NCBI GenBank assembly: GCA_030017875.1
Contig: JASEGQ010000001.1
Span: 1 to 53,817 of the forward strand
Direction: 5' to 3'
Origin: Candidatus Aenigmatarchaeota archaeon
Lineage (GTDB): Archaea; Aenigmatarchaeota; Aenigmatarchaeia; CG10238-14; SCSR01
Length of the DNA: 53,817 nt
Part shown: positions 1 to 8,260 of the stretch, in pieces
Layout: each line of letters begins with the position of its first letter
Numbering within the stretch: the stretch's first letter is position 1
Notes under the pieces: generated by a model
What the model saw: only the letters and a program-made list of their open reading frames with translations
Database searches by the model: none
What the model was told of the DNA's origin: nothing
Position numbers and translations under genes: made by a program

Positions 1-1
1 A

Positions 2-355
2 AATCCTGATTTACCGAGTGTTGCTGATGCTCTAAAAACTGCGAGAATTGCCAGAGAGGCTAACAAGAGAATTGTAGGTGTGGTTGTTAACAGAGTAAGA
101 AGAAAGGCTCATGAGCTGACGAAGAGAGAGGTAGAGGAGATGCTTGACTTGCCGGTTTTGGCGGAGATACCAGAGGACAATAATATTCGCAAGAGCATTG
201 CAGTAAAAAAGCCTGTTATAGAATTTGCTCCTTTCTCGCCTGCTTCAATAGAGATTAGAAGGCTAGCTCACACTCTCTGTGGCATACCATTCAGGCAAAA
301 AGAGCCGTTTAGGTTTAACATAATAGAAAAATTAGTCTCGTGGATGACTAGATAG
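2..355 (+). CDS. MinD/ParA-family P-loop ATPase, C-terminal part (5' end outside window)
   Basis: The frame is open from the window edge. The tail ...VVVNRVRRKAHELTKREVEEMLDLPVLAEIPEDNNIRKSI...SPASIEIRRLA parallels the C-terminal half of the complete MinD-like ORF at 34739..35554. Confidence 0.7.
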   Translation, partial: NPDLPSVADALKTARIAREANKRIVGVVVNRVRRKAHELTKREVEEMLDLPVLAEIPEDNNIRKSIAVKKPVIEFAPFSPASIEIRRLAHTLCGIPFRQKEPFRFNIIEKLVSWMTR

Positions 356-1999
356 CAGTTCTACATCGATTTCAAAGCCAGCAAGAGGAACTTCCAATTT
401 CCAGTTGTCGATAACGCTAGGATGAATCTCGCCAATTATTCCAATCTCTCTATTATTTACTATTACTTCTGCTGTTCTACCTGGAATAAAGCTCGGATGT
501 TCTACAGCCTTTAACTTATACTTAACTCCTAAATTTGTTAAGAGAGAATCAAGTAGAGAAGATATGCTTTCATAGCTAGCTTTGTTGTCTGCGATAACAC
601 AAGCCAACTTTCTTTCGTCTCTTGTTTTAGTTTCTCTTGTTTCATCTACCACAACAGCATCCCCGATTTCGAATACTTTCTGAGGATAATCTACATGCTT
701 GTTGTTCGATAAAAATTCGATAACGCTTGGCAATAGCCAACTTCTTAAAACATCCCAATTAGCAGAGACAGGGTTCTCTATCTCAACTACATCTTCCTCT
801 CTCAGGTTCATCTTCTTGAACAAGTTTTCCTTGTTTGTTAGGTTATAAGAAATAATTTCTTGTAATCCAAGCCCTATCATCACCTCTGCGACAGAGTTAG
901 AAAAGACTTCTATTTTGCTACTTCCTCCTATTGTCGGCAACCTTGGAGCAAGAGGCTTGATTTTGTTATAACCATAGGAGATTATCGCGTCCTCTACGAT
1001 ATCGCGAGCATGCATTATGTCTTGTCTGTAAGCAGGATAGAGCAGTTGAATTCTCCTTCCTTTAAGTTTTGCTTCATATCTTGCTTTTTCAAGTAAGTCG
1101 CAAATTTCCTTTCCACTTAATCTCAACCCAGAGATTCTGTTCACATAATCAATCTCAACAAAAGTCTTTTTTGGCTTCAAGTCAGGGGTAAAAATTACTT
1201 TATCCGGATAAACAACCTTTACACTCTCAATTCTACCTTTTCTATCCGCTAAAGCACAAGCCATCACGTTCAGAGCAGGAATCAAAAATTTGAAATTAAA
1301 TCCTGAGCATTCTATAAAAACTTCCTTTGTCTTTTCAGTGACTTTACCTGAATATTCTGAATTTATTATCGGTGGTATCGATAGGACTTCGTTGGCAGAA
1401 TCAATAAACATTGGATACTCAGGAAAGCCCTTTAGCAGATGGCCAAACTCCTTCCCCTTCGGATGTTTTTCTAAAACTTCTCTTGGTGTAAGCCTCTCTT
1501 TAAAATCTAGGGGAACAAATTTTATTCCGTCAGGCTTAACAGTCGTATATCTTATAGGAGGCTTAATCTTGCTCAAATCATAAACCCCTAGAGCAACTTC
1601 TCTTCTGTTCCTCCCGAAAGTGTTGCAAACCTTTTCTTGGAGTTGAATAATCTGCGATAAAACAGCTTTGTTTATCTTTAGCCTTCTCACAACTGCACAA
1701 ACTGTTAAGGGCCTTATTTTGCTAACTCTTTTGTCAACCTCTACCAGAACTTTTGATTTTTTCACTTCGTATCGTGGAAGACCAGCTTTTTTTATCCTAC
1801 CACTTATCTCTCTAGCAATTCCTTCTGCAGACCACAGATCAGGCCGATTAGAATCTTTGATATCAATTTTTATCAAATCTTTGCTTATTCTTTCGATCTC
1901 CCCCTTTGCATACAACACTGCATCTCTTAATTCTTCCAGACTTATTTTCTTTCCAATTAAGCTGCACAAATCTTTATAAGAAACCTCTATACTCGGCAT
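332..1999 (-). CDS. pheT: Phenylalanyl-tRNA synthetase beta subunit
   Basis: About 555 aa starting MPSIEVSYKDL, typical archaeal PheT length and N-terminus. It lies directly downstream of pheS, and the ATG at 1999 overlaps the pheS stop (TAATG). The ORF-track start at 2029 is an upstream in-frame alternative. Confidence 0.9.
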   Translation of the reverse strand: MPSIEVSYKDLCSLIGKKISLEELRDAVLYAKGEIERISKDLIKIDIKDSNRPDLWSAEGIAREISGRIKKAGLPRYEVKKSKVLVEVDKRVSKIRPLTVCAVVRRLKINKAVLSQIIQLQEKVCNTFGRNRREVALGVYDLSKIKPPIRYTTVKPDGIKFVPLDFKERLTPREVLEKHPKGKEFGHLLKGFPEYPMFIDSANEVLSIPPIINSEYSGKVTEKTKEVFIECSGFNFKFLIPALNVMACALADRKGRIESVKVVYPDKVIFTPDLKPKKTFVEIDYVNRISGLRLSGKEICDLLEKARYEAKLKGRRIQLLYPAYRQDIMHARDIVEDAIISYGYNKIKPLAPRLPTIGGSSKIEVFSNSVAEVMIGLGLQEIISYNLTNKENLFKKMNLREEDVVEIENPVSANWDVLRSWLLPSVIEFLSNNKHVDYPQKVFEIGDAVVVDETRETKTRDERKLACVIADNKASYESISSLLDSLLTNLGVKYKLKAVEHPSFIPGRTAEVIVNNREIGIIGEIHPSVIDNWKLEVPLAGFEIDVELLSSHPRD

Positions 2000-3258
2000 T
2001 ACAAAATCACCTTCTGACTCCTCAGCCATTCCAAATCTCTGCTAAAAAGGTTGCGGATGTCATCTATTCCTATTTTAAACATCGCTAGCCTGTCTATACC
2101 TAACCCCCAAGCTAGCACAGGTGCCTTTATACCCAACGGATAGGTTACTTCTTCCCTAAACATACCAGCACCACCAAGCTCTATCCAGCCTAGTTGAGGA
2201 TGCTTACAAGATAGCTGGGTTGAGCATTCTGTAAACGGGTAGTAGTCGGGAATAAATCTGACTTCTTTTGCTTCAGCTATTTCCTTTGCAAGCATTTCCA
2301 GTATTCCCAAAAGATTTCTGAAATTCAGTGATTCGTCTATAGCTATACCTTCAAGTTGGTTAAACTCTATAGCGTGCATAGCATCAATAACATCTGGCCT
2401 ATAGCATCTAACAATAGCGAAATATTTCCCTGGAATCTCTGGTTCATAAGCTAAGGTTCTAGCAGACAAGCAAGTCCCATGTGCTCTTGGCATGAGCTGC
2501 ATAGCCTTTCTAGGGTCCCATCTGTATTGCCAGCCAATACTTCTAGAAACACCAACTTCATGAGCTTTTCTAACATTTTCTACAATTCTTTTCTCAGGCA
2601 ATTTGCCAAACTTCGGTTTTTTGAGTTGATAGGTCATCGCCCAATCACGTGATGGGTGATCTTGTGCTTGGTATAAAGCGTCGAAGTTCCAGAATTCTGT
2701 CTCTATTGTTGGGCCTTTCATTTCTTTAAATCCAAGCTCCACCAACTTTTGTCTTATTAAAATGAGGAACTGATTGTAGGGATGCCTTTTCCCAGCATAA
2801 ATTTTTTTGCCAACAGCTTCAACGTTGTAGGGTTTAAACTTTACCTTTTTCCACAAGCCAGTTTTTATCAGCTCAGGAGTTAGGTGTAAAACTTCCTTTC
2901 CAACTAGTTTTTTTGTCTTTTCTACTTCAGCACTAATCTTTTCCACAAGTTTTCTCTGAATCAAAATGTTTAGAAGGCTTTCACTTACTTCTTCTTCTTT
3001 TGCTATTTTTTCCAGGGCTTCTTGTTCTTCGATCTTTTTAGGAATTTTAACAAGAATTAATTTTTTGTCTTCCTTTTTTACCCACCCTTTTTCGATCGCC
3101 CACTTTAGAGCTATGTGAAAGTTCTTTATCTTTTTGTTAGCCTCTTCTAATGTAACGGGCTTTTTCAAATAGCTGAGGAGCTTAACGAGGTTCTTTTCAG
3201 GTAGCCCTTCTTTTAAATACCCCTTTCCCTCTTCAGTCAGTCTGTATTTTGCTATCAT
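1999..3258 (-). CDS. pheS: Phenylalanyl-tRNA synthetase alpha subunit
   Basis: 419 aa with a class II aaRS core (HPSRDWAMTY, RCYRPDVIDAMHAIEFNQLEG, GAGMFREEV). Coupled to pheT. Confidence 0.9.
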   Translation of the reverse strand: MIAKYRLTEEGKGYLKEGLPEKNLVKLLSYLKKPVTLEEANKKIKNFHIALKWAIEKGWVKKEDKKLILVKIPKKIEEQEALEKIAKEEEVSESLLNILIQRKLVEKISAEVEKTKKLVGKEVLHLTPELIKTGLWKKVKFKPYNVEAVGKKIYAGKRHPYNQFLILIRQKLVELGFKEMKGPTIETEFWNFDALYQAQDHPSRDWAMTYQLKKPKFGKLPEKRIVENVRKAHEVGVSRSIGWQYRWDPRKAMQLMPRAHGTCLSARTLAYEPEIPGKYFAIVRCYRPDVIDAMHAIEFNQLEGIAIDESLNFRNLLGILEMLAKEIAEAKEVRFIPDYYPFTECSTQLSCKHPQLGWIELGGAGMFREEVTYPLGIKAPVLAWGLGIDRLAMFKIGIDDIRNLFSRDLEWLRSQKVIL

Positions 3259-3298
3259 ACAATCTTATTAAAAATTACAAATATCAACAATTAAAACT

Positions 3299-4306
3299 TC
3301 AATATTTCTTCTTAGTCCTAATTCCAATTAAAAGTGGCCTAACAAAAGCTCGAAGTGGAAGAGAGTACGAGAGGTAGCATATGTATGAGCACGCATTACA
3401 TCTTTCGTTCTCCCTTCTAATTTTTTCTGCCTCTTCTGAATACCAAAAATCTTTAATATCGTAAATTGTCGAAACAGGTTCCTTAAGATGACAACCTGAT
3501 ATCCTTCCTAAATGGTCTAACATCAAAAAATTTTTTAAAGCCCCGCAGGCGTGCTTTCTCTTTCTTGTTTGAATGTAATGTTCTAATTCGTCCAAGCTCT
3601 CTAAAGGTAAAAGCAACGGAGCTTTTTTCCCTAAATTCTTAAGTTCCTCAATAACCTTCACTGCTTTCTCTTTATCTTTAATAACAAATTCATCAACTTT
3701 CTTTCCAAAACTAAAAAGGGAATCAGAATTGTAGTCAAAACCAATAAAGCTTAAGTTAAAAGGCACGCCGATTCTTTCGAAGCATCTTACCATAGGAATT
3801 ATTTCTTCTAAGTTTAAGTTGGAAATTGTGGTAGAGAACGCGAATTTAATTCCCTCCTTTCTCAGCAATTTTGCGGATTCGATTGCATCCCTAAAGCTTC
3901 CCTCTACTCCTTTTATATAATCCTGCTTTTCTTCTTCGAGGCTGTCTAAGGATATAGCAACAAAATCAACGTACTTTAAGTCTTCAATCCTCTTTTTTAT
4001 CATGCTTCCGTTATCATATATGGTTGTTATGAAATGTTTCGAGGAATATCTTAGAATCTCTCCTATATCATCCCTTAAAAGAGGATTGCCTCCAGAAAAA
4101 GTAATTTCCGCTACTCCTAGATCTCTAAGTACATCCAAGCCATAAAGAGTTTCTTCTAGCCCAATTTCATTTTTTTCTTGAGCTTCCCAAACATTACAGG
4201 TCTTGCATTTGTAATTGCATCTTCTTGTTATAAACCATTGAGCATGAAGAGGGTGGTTTGGGGTTAATGCTCTTTCAAGAATAGATAGGTATTTCAAAAT
4301 TCTCAT
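3299..4306 (-). CDS. Radical SAM protein with Cys-rich C-terminal extension (SPASM-like), function unknown
   Basis: CX3CX2C cluster motif in RRCNYKCKTCNVW, a GGNPLL glycine-rich motif, and C-terminal CGALK...GCH...CNACSYICY cysteines. Confidence 0.75.
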   Translation of the reverse strand: MRILKYLSILERALTPNHPLHAQWFITRRCNYKCKTCNVWEAQEKNEIGLEETLYGLDVLRDLGVAEITFSGGNPLLRDDIGEILRYSSKHFITTIYDNGSMIKKRIEDLKYVDFVAISLDSLEEEKQDYIKGVEGSFRDAIESAKLLRKEGIKFAFSTTISNLNLEEIIPMVRCFERIGVPFNLSFIGFDYNSDSLFSFGKKVDEFVIKDKEKAVKVIEELKNLGKKAPLLLPLESLDELEHYIQTRKRKHACGALKNFLMLDHLGRISGCHLKEPVSTIYDIKDFWYSEEAEKIRRENERCNACSYICYLSYSLPLRAFVRPLLIGIRTKKKY

Positions 4307-4441
4307 ACTATTCCTTAAATTCTATCTCTTCTTAAACTTTCTGATGGTTAAATTATAATTTTAAAGCAACGAGATATGAGGCAAGATATTTTCATGCTGG
4401 ATTGGTAAGAATAATAAAAATTTTGATAACAGAACAGTAAC

Positions 4442-5542
4442 TCATTTTTGTAAGAGCTTCCTTGCCATATCCATCATTTTCTCTCTTTTCTTTTGGTGTT
4501 TTTTTAAGAACTCAGCAACGATATCTGCTATCTCTTCTTTGCACTCGCCGCACAACCTCTTTCCAGCCTTACACTCTTCATAGATTTTCTTCAGTTTATT
4601 ATCGTCCTCAACAAAGTGAAATAAAGCGAGCTCATAGTTAACGCATTTTTCTGGTTCTCCACCGAGTCTCCTTTGCTCTTTTACTGTCTTTCTTCCACCA
4701 TCAACACAATTAATTATTTTCCTTTTAGCCAACTCGGGCTCATCATTTAAAAATAAAACAGACATAGGATCTCTTTTGCTCATTTTGGTTTCTCCGTCCA
4801 AAGCCCTAAAGAATTTATGATAAATTGCTGAGGGCGGGAAAAAGTGAAATACGTCTTTAACTCTCTCTACTATATCCCTACAAAGGAAAATGTGCGGAGA
4901 TTGGTCTAAGCCTATCGGAACTAAGACATTTTTAGGCCCGTCAAAATCCTCTAGTTGAGGAAGTAAGATGTCTCCTGCTTGGGTAAAAGCAGCAAAATAT
5001 AAGCCGAGATGTCTCTCTCCATATAGATTTTTCATGTGGCTTAGTGTAATTCTTCTGCTAAATAAATAAGCCAAGTTTGTGACTCTTTTTTCTTCAGATT
5101 GTCTATAAATATATGCATTCTTTGGGTCTAGGCCTAAAGCAAGGATATCAGCCACATTACCGATAGCAATTTTTTCTGCTTCGTTTAAAGGTATTTGGTT
5201 ATCTACCAGACTTTCTAAATCAGCGATGCAGTAAAAAACTTTTGCCTCAAACTCTTTTTGAAAATAGATTATTTTTTCGGCAGTCACTTTGCTTCCCAGG
5301 TGAAACTCATTTGTTGGTTTTATTCCAGATATCACAGCTATCGGTCTCCCCTCTTCAAAAGAAGCTAAAAATTTGTCAAAATCTTGATGGGCAAAATCTA
5401 TTCTCCTTCGCAAATATCTACTTGGGTTTTTTATTCTTCTTAATATATCTTCAGTTATTGGTTGTAAACCTAGTTGAGTGAAAAGTTTAGAATAATCCGT
5501 TATTATGCTTGTTCCGAACGGATCAATTATGTTTTCTTCCAT
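4442..5542 (-). CDS. trpS: Tryptophanyl-tRNA synthetase
   Basis: Class I aaRS: HIGH-like GIKPTNEFHLGS and a KMSKRDP (KMSKS) loop. The N-terminal YSKLFTQLGLQPITEDIL...RRRIDFAHQDFDKFL resembles archaeal/eukaryotic TrpRS. Confidence 0.8.
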   Translation of the reverse strand: MEENIIDPFGTSIITDYSKLFTQLGLQPITEDILRRIKNPSRYLRRRIDFAHQDFDKFLASFEEGRPIAVISGIKPTNEFHLGSKVTAEKIIYFQKEFEAKVFYCIADLESLVDNQIPLNEAEKIAIGNVADILALGLDPKNAYIYRQSEEKRVTNLAYLFSRRITLSHMKNLYGERHLGLYFAAFTQAGDILLPQLEDFDGPKNVLVPIGLDQSPHIFLCRDIVERVKDVFHFFPPSAIYHKFFRALDGETKMSKRDPMSVLFLNDEPELAKRKIINCVDGGRKTVKEQRRLGGEPEKCVNYELALFHFVEDDNKLKKIYEECKAGKRLCGECKEEIADIVAEFLKKHQKKREKMMDMARKLLQK

Positions 5543-5686
5543 ACTCCTTACCTATAATTTTATTCTTAGAATTTATGTTGATAAAAAAATAAACAAAAAT
5601 AAGAACAAGCTAGTAACATAGCGTTATCATTATTTTAGAGATATAAATACTTTTAAGAACTAATAACGCGATTAAAATTTTAAAAG

Positions 5687-6172
5687 GTGGTTTTTGTTCC
5701 AACGTTCAAGTTTGTTATAAACGACCCAGAAAAGAGGAAATCCTATCAGCTAGAGATAGATCAGAGCATGGCTTTGGGTTTGATCGGTAAAAGTATTGGA
5801 GAGGAATTTAATGGTGATATAATTGGTTTGCCTGGCTACACTTTGAAGATTACTGGTGGAACAGACAGAGACGGTTTTCCAATGCATCCTAAAGTAAAGG
5901 GACCGGGAAGGAAAAAAGTTCTGCTAACCTCTCCACCTTGCTTTCACCCGAGACTAAAAGGAGAGAGAAGGAGAAAGACAGTTCGTGGAAACACTATATC
6001 GGAGGCAATAGCTCAGATAAACGTCAAGATTGTTAAAAAAGGAGAAAAACCGATAGAGGAGTTAGTTCCGATTAAACAAAAAGAGAAAAAAGAGGAAAAG
6101 CCGAAAGAAGAAAAGAGAGTTGAAGAAAAAACAGAAGAAAAAGGAGGGGAGGAAATTAAAAAAGAAGCTTGA
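5687..6172 (+). CDS. rps6e: Ribosomal protein S6e with Lys/Glu-rich C-terminal tail
   Basis: FKFVINDPEKRKSYQLEIDQ...GGTDRDGFPMHP...RRRKTVRGNTI matches S6e. GTG start follows an AAAGGTG. The tail is low-complexity KEKKEEKPKEEK. Confidence 0.9.
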   Translation: MVFVPTFKFVINDPEKRKSYQLEIDQSMALGLIGKSIGEEFNGDIIGLPGYTLKITGGTDRDGFPMHPKVKGPGRKKVLLTSPPCFHPRLKGERRRKTVRGNTISEAIAQINVKIVKKGEKPIEELVPIKQKEKKEEKPKEEKRVEEKTEEKGGEEIKKEA

Positions 6173-7407
6173 AGAGTTAAGCCAAAAGGAAATTCCAGAA
6201 GTTAACATCGGAATGGTCGGACATTGGTGATAAGCCAACCGAATACGTTGCTCATGGTAAAACAACTCTAGTCGAGAGTTTGACAGGTAAATTAACCCTA
6301 ACTCATTCTGAAGAATTGAAACGAGGCATAACTATAAGGTTGGGCTATGCTGATGCTACTTTTTATAGATGTAAGAATGGGCATTATTGCACAAGCGAGA
6401 AGTGTCCGATTTGTTTCTCTGACTGTGAAATTTTAAGAACAGTAAGCTTTGTTGACGCTCCTGGTCACGAAACCTTAATGGCTACAGTTTTGACAGGAGC
6501 AGCTCTGATGGATGGCGCCTTGCTTGTAATAGCTGCAAACGAGAAGTGTCCTCAACCTCAAACTCGCGAGCATCTAGCTGCTTTAGAGTTAGTTGGGATA
6601 AAAAATGTGGTGATAGTTCAAAACAAGATCGATCTTGTTAGTGAAGAGAGAGCTTTAGAGAATTATAATGAGATAAAGGAATTCGTTAAGACTACGATCC
6701 TGGAAGGCTCGCCAATAATTCCTGTCTCGGCTCAACAAAGAGTTAATATCGATTTGGTTATCGAAGCTATTGAAAAGTTTGTACCAACACCTAAAAGGGA
6801 TGAAACAAAGGAGCTGAAGATGTTAATAGCAAGGAGTTTTGACATCAACAAACCTGGAACACAGCCAAAGAAGCTTTTGGGAGGAGTTCTAGGAGGAGCG
6901 ATAGTTCAAGGTAAATTAAAAATTGGTGACAAAATAGAAATCAGGCCTGGGATAAAGGTTGGAGCAAATTATAAGCCGATTTTAACCGAGGTAAAAGGGC
7001 TGCAAAAGGCTGGGATTGATCTGGAGGAAGCAGGGCCAGGAGGTTTGCTAGGTGTGCTAACAAGCTTAGACCCATTTCTAACAAAATCAGATTCTTTAGT
7101 CGGGAATGTTGTTGGTTTTCCTGGAAAGCTACCTGAAACAAGGGAGAGCCTAAGCATAGAGGTAAAGTTGCTCGAAAGGGTTGTCGGCTCTAAAGAGACT
7201 AAGGCTACAGCTCCGATAAAAATCAATGAGGAGCTGATGATAAATACGGGAACAGCGAGAAGTATTGGTAGCGTTACTTCAATAAAAAAAGATGTGATAG
7301 AATTGAAGCTAAAAGTTCCTGTTTGCGCAGAGAAAGGCGAAAAAACAGTTATTTCTAGACAAGTTTCTGGAAGATGGCGGTTAATAGCTTCTGGTACTGT
7401 TTGCTGA
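6120..7407 (+). CDS. eif2g: Translation initiation factor aIF2 gamma, interrupted: exon 1 about 6120..6222, exon 2 6245..7407
   Basis: Exon 2 reads HGKTTLVESLTGK...SEELKRGITIRLGYA...FVDAPGHETLMATVL...VQNKIDLV plus a zinc-knuckle insert, which is aIF2-gamma. The missing N-terminus PEVNIGMVGH is in the -1 neighbouring frame upstream. Removing 6223..6244 gives one 421-codon ORF. The TTG 6120 start is a guess, because no ATG precedes the beta-1 strand. Confidence 0.85.
6223..6244 (+). other. Candidate 22-nt bulge-helix-bulge (HBh') intron in aIF2-gamma pre-mRNA
   Basis: TCGG 6217-6220 pairs with CCGA 6239-6242. Bulge ACA is at 6221-6223. TTGG 6224-6227 pairs with CCAA 6235-6238 around the loop TGATAAG. 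A second bulge ATA is at 6243-6245. Cutting after the 2nd bulge nt on each side excises 22 nt and restores GGA CAC GTT GCT CAT GGT AAA (GHVAHGK). Confidence 0.6.
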
Positions 7408-7409
7408 TT

Positions 7410-7826
7410 TTATCCTGAGCATGTTGCGTAAAGATCCGTAGAACCGCCAGGCCACACTACATGATAAGTGCACATTCTTGTACCTGGGGGGTCTACACAG
7501 TTGTCTGTAATCCTCAATACGGTTGAGTTGTACGGCGCTAGTGGTGTTGTGTCTAGCGAATGAGTTACAATAGTTGTGCCTCTGTAAACTGTTATTTCTG
7601 CTTGTGTAATTTCAGCCGTTCCACTGTTTTGTACAACTATAGCTATGCTATCATCGCCAGAATCTACCTGACAAGTAGGGGTTCCTGTAAAAGTCAGCTG
7701 TTTCGCAGTTCTCAGCGTCCAATAACCAAAGACATAAAGGAATGCCATCCCTGCCAGCGCTATTGTTATCATCAGCATAAGAATAGTCGCTACTACCGCG
7801 GATACACCTTTCATCTGCTTATTCAC
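7410..7826 (-). CDS. Archaeal type IV pilin-like protein (class III signal peptide)
   Basis: The N-terminus MNKQMKGVSAVVATILMLMITIALAG is a typical K/R-G | V-S-x-V-I-A-T-I-L prepilin peptidase site followed by a hydrophobic helix. The remainder is a beta-rich secreted domain. Confidence 0.7.
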   Translation of the reverse strand: MNKQMKGVSAVVATILMLMITIALAGMAFLYVFGYWTLRTAKQLTFTGTPTCQVDSGDDSIAIVVQNSGTAEITQAEITVYRGTTIVTHSLDTTPLAPYNSTVLRITDNCVDPPGTRMCTYHVVWPGGSTDLYATCSG

Positions 7827-7877
7827 CTTATTTTAATTTCGAAACCGTTATTTAAATATTTTACTCAAAGCTTTTAT

Positions 7878-8255
7878 ATGAGAAAAGTAATCCTAGACAC
7901 AAATTTTTTGATTAGCTCTTTCTTTTTTAAGGTTGATTTTTTAGACGAAATCAAAAATCTTGTAGGAGAGTCTTTAGAATTTTTGACTTTAGACTCTGTG
8001 GTTAGTGAATTGAATAGAATAGGTGAAACAAAAAGAAAAGATAGCAAGTATGCAAAACTTGCCCTAAAATTTTTGAAGCAGGAAAAAATCAAAGTAATCA
8101 GGTCTAAAGCAAAAAATGCAGATGAGGCAATCCTTGGTGTTGCAGACGAAAACTGTATAGTTGCGACTAATGACAAAGAACTAAGAAAAAGGTTAAAAAC
8201 TTTTAAAGCGAAAGTGATTTATTTAAGAGCAAAAAAACATTTAGCTATAGGCTAG
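7878..8255 (+). CDS. PIN-domain endoribonuclease, Fcf1/Utp24-like
   Basis: MRKVILDTNFLI...DEAILGVADENCIVATNDKELRKRL carries the PIN acidic residues and an Fcf1-type ATNDxxLRxRL motif. ATG 7878 is chosen because the upstream part of ORF 7560..8255 is antisense to the pilin gene. Confidence 0.7.
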   Translation: MRKVILDTNFLISSFFFKVDFLDEIKNLVGESLEFLTLDSVVSELNRIGETKRKDSKYAKLALKFLKQEKIKVIRSKAKNADEAILGVADENCIVATNDKELRKRLKTFKAKVIYLRAKKHLAIG

Positions 8256-8260
8256 AGAGA

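Noticed and set aside
1290-1979. ORF-track entries antisense to or out of frame with strong genes. Examples: 1290..1583, 1668..1979, 5242..5481, 6062..6265, 6941..7226, 8926..9117, 9859..10179, 11990..12442, 13961..14268, 17238..18158, 30026..30799, 36152..36537, 37468..38815, 40826..41536, 47662..48096, 52261..53031
   Set aside because: All lie inside better-supported genes on the opposite strand or in another frame. They have low-complexity, Ser/Leu/Phe-rich translations typical of shadow ORFs in AT-rich DNA, and I recognise no motifs in them.
6222-6255. Translational bypassing (T4 gene-60-like hop) from CAT 6222-6224 to CAT 6253-6255 in aIF2-gamma, which would give GMVGHGKT
   Set aside because: The take-off codon is not directly followed by a stop, and the product would lose three conserved P-loop-region residues. 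The BHB-type fold predicts an exact 22-nt excision restoring GHVAHGKT. It is kept only as a remote alternative.
7560-7877. Long N-terminal extension of the PIN-domain ORF (track start 7560)
   Set aside because: The extension is antisense to the pilin-like gene and is Cys/Tyr/Ser-rich nonsense. The conserved PIN domain starts at MRKVILDTNFL (ATG 7878).
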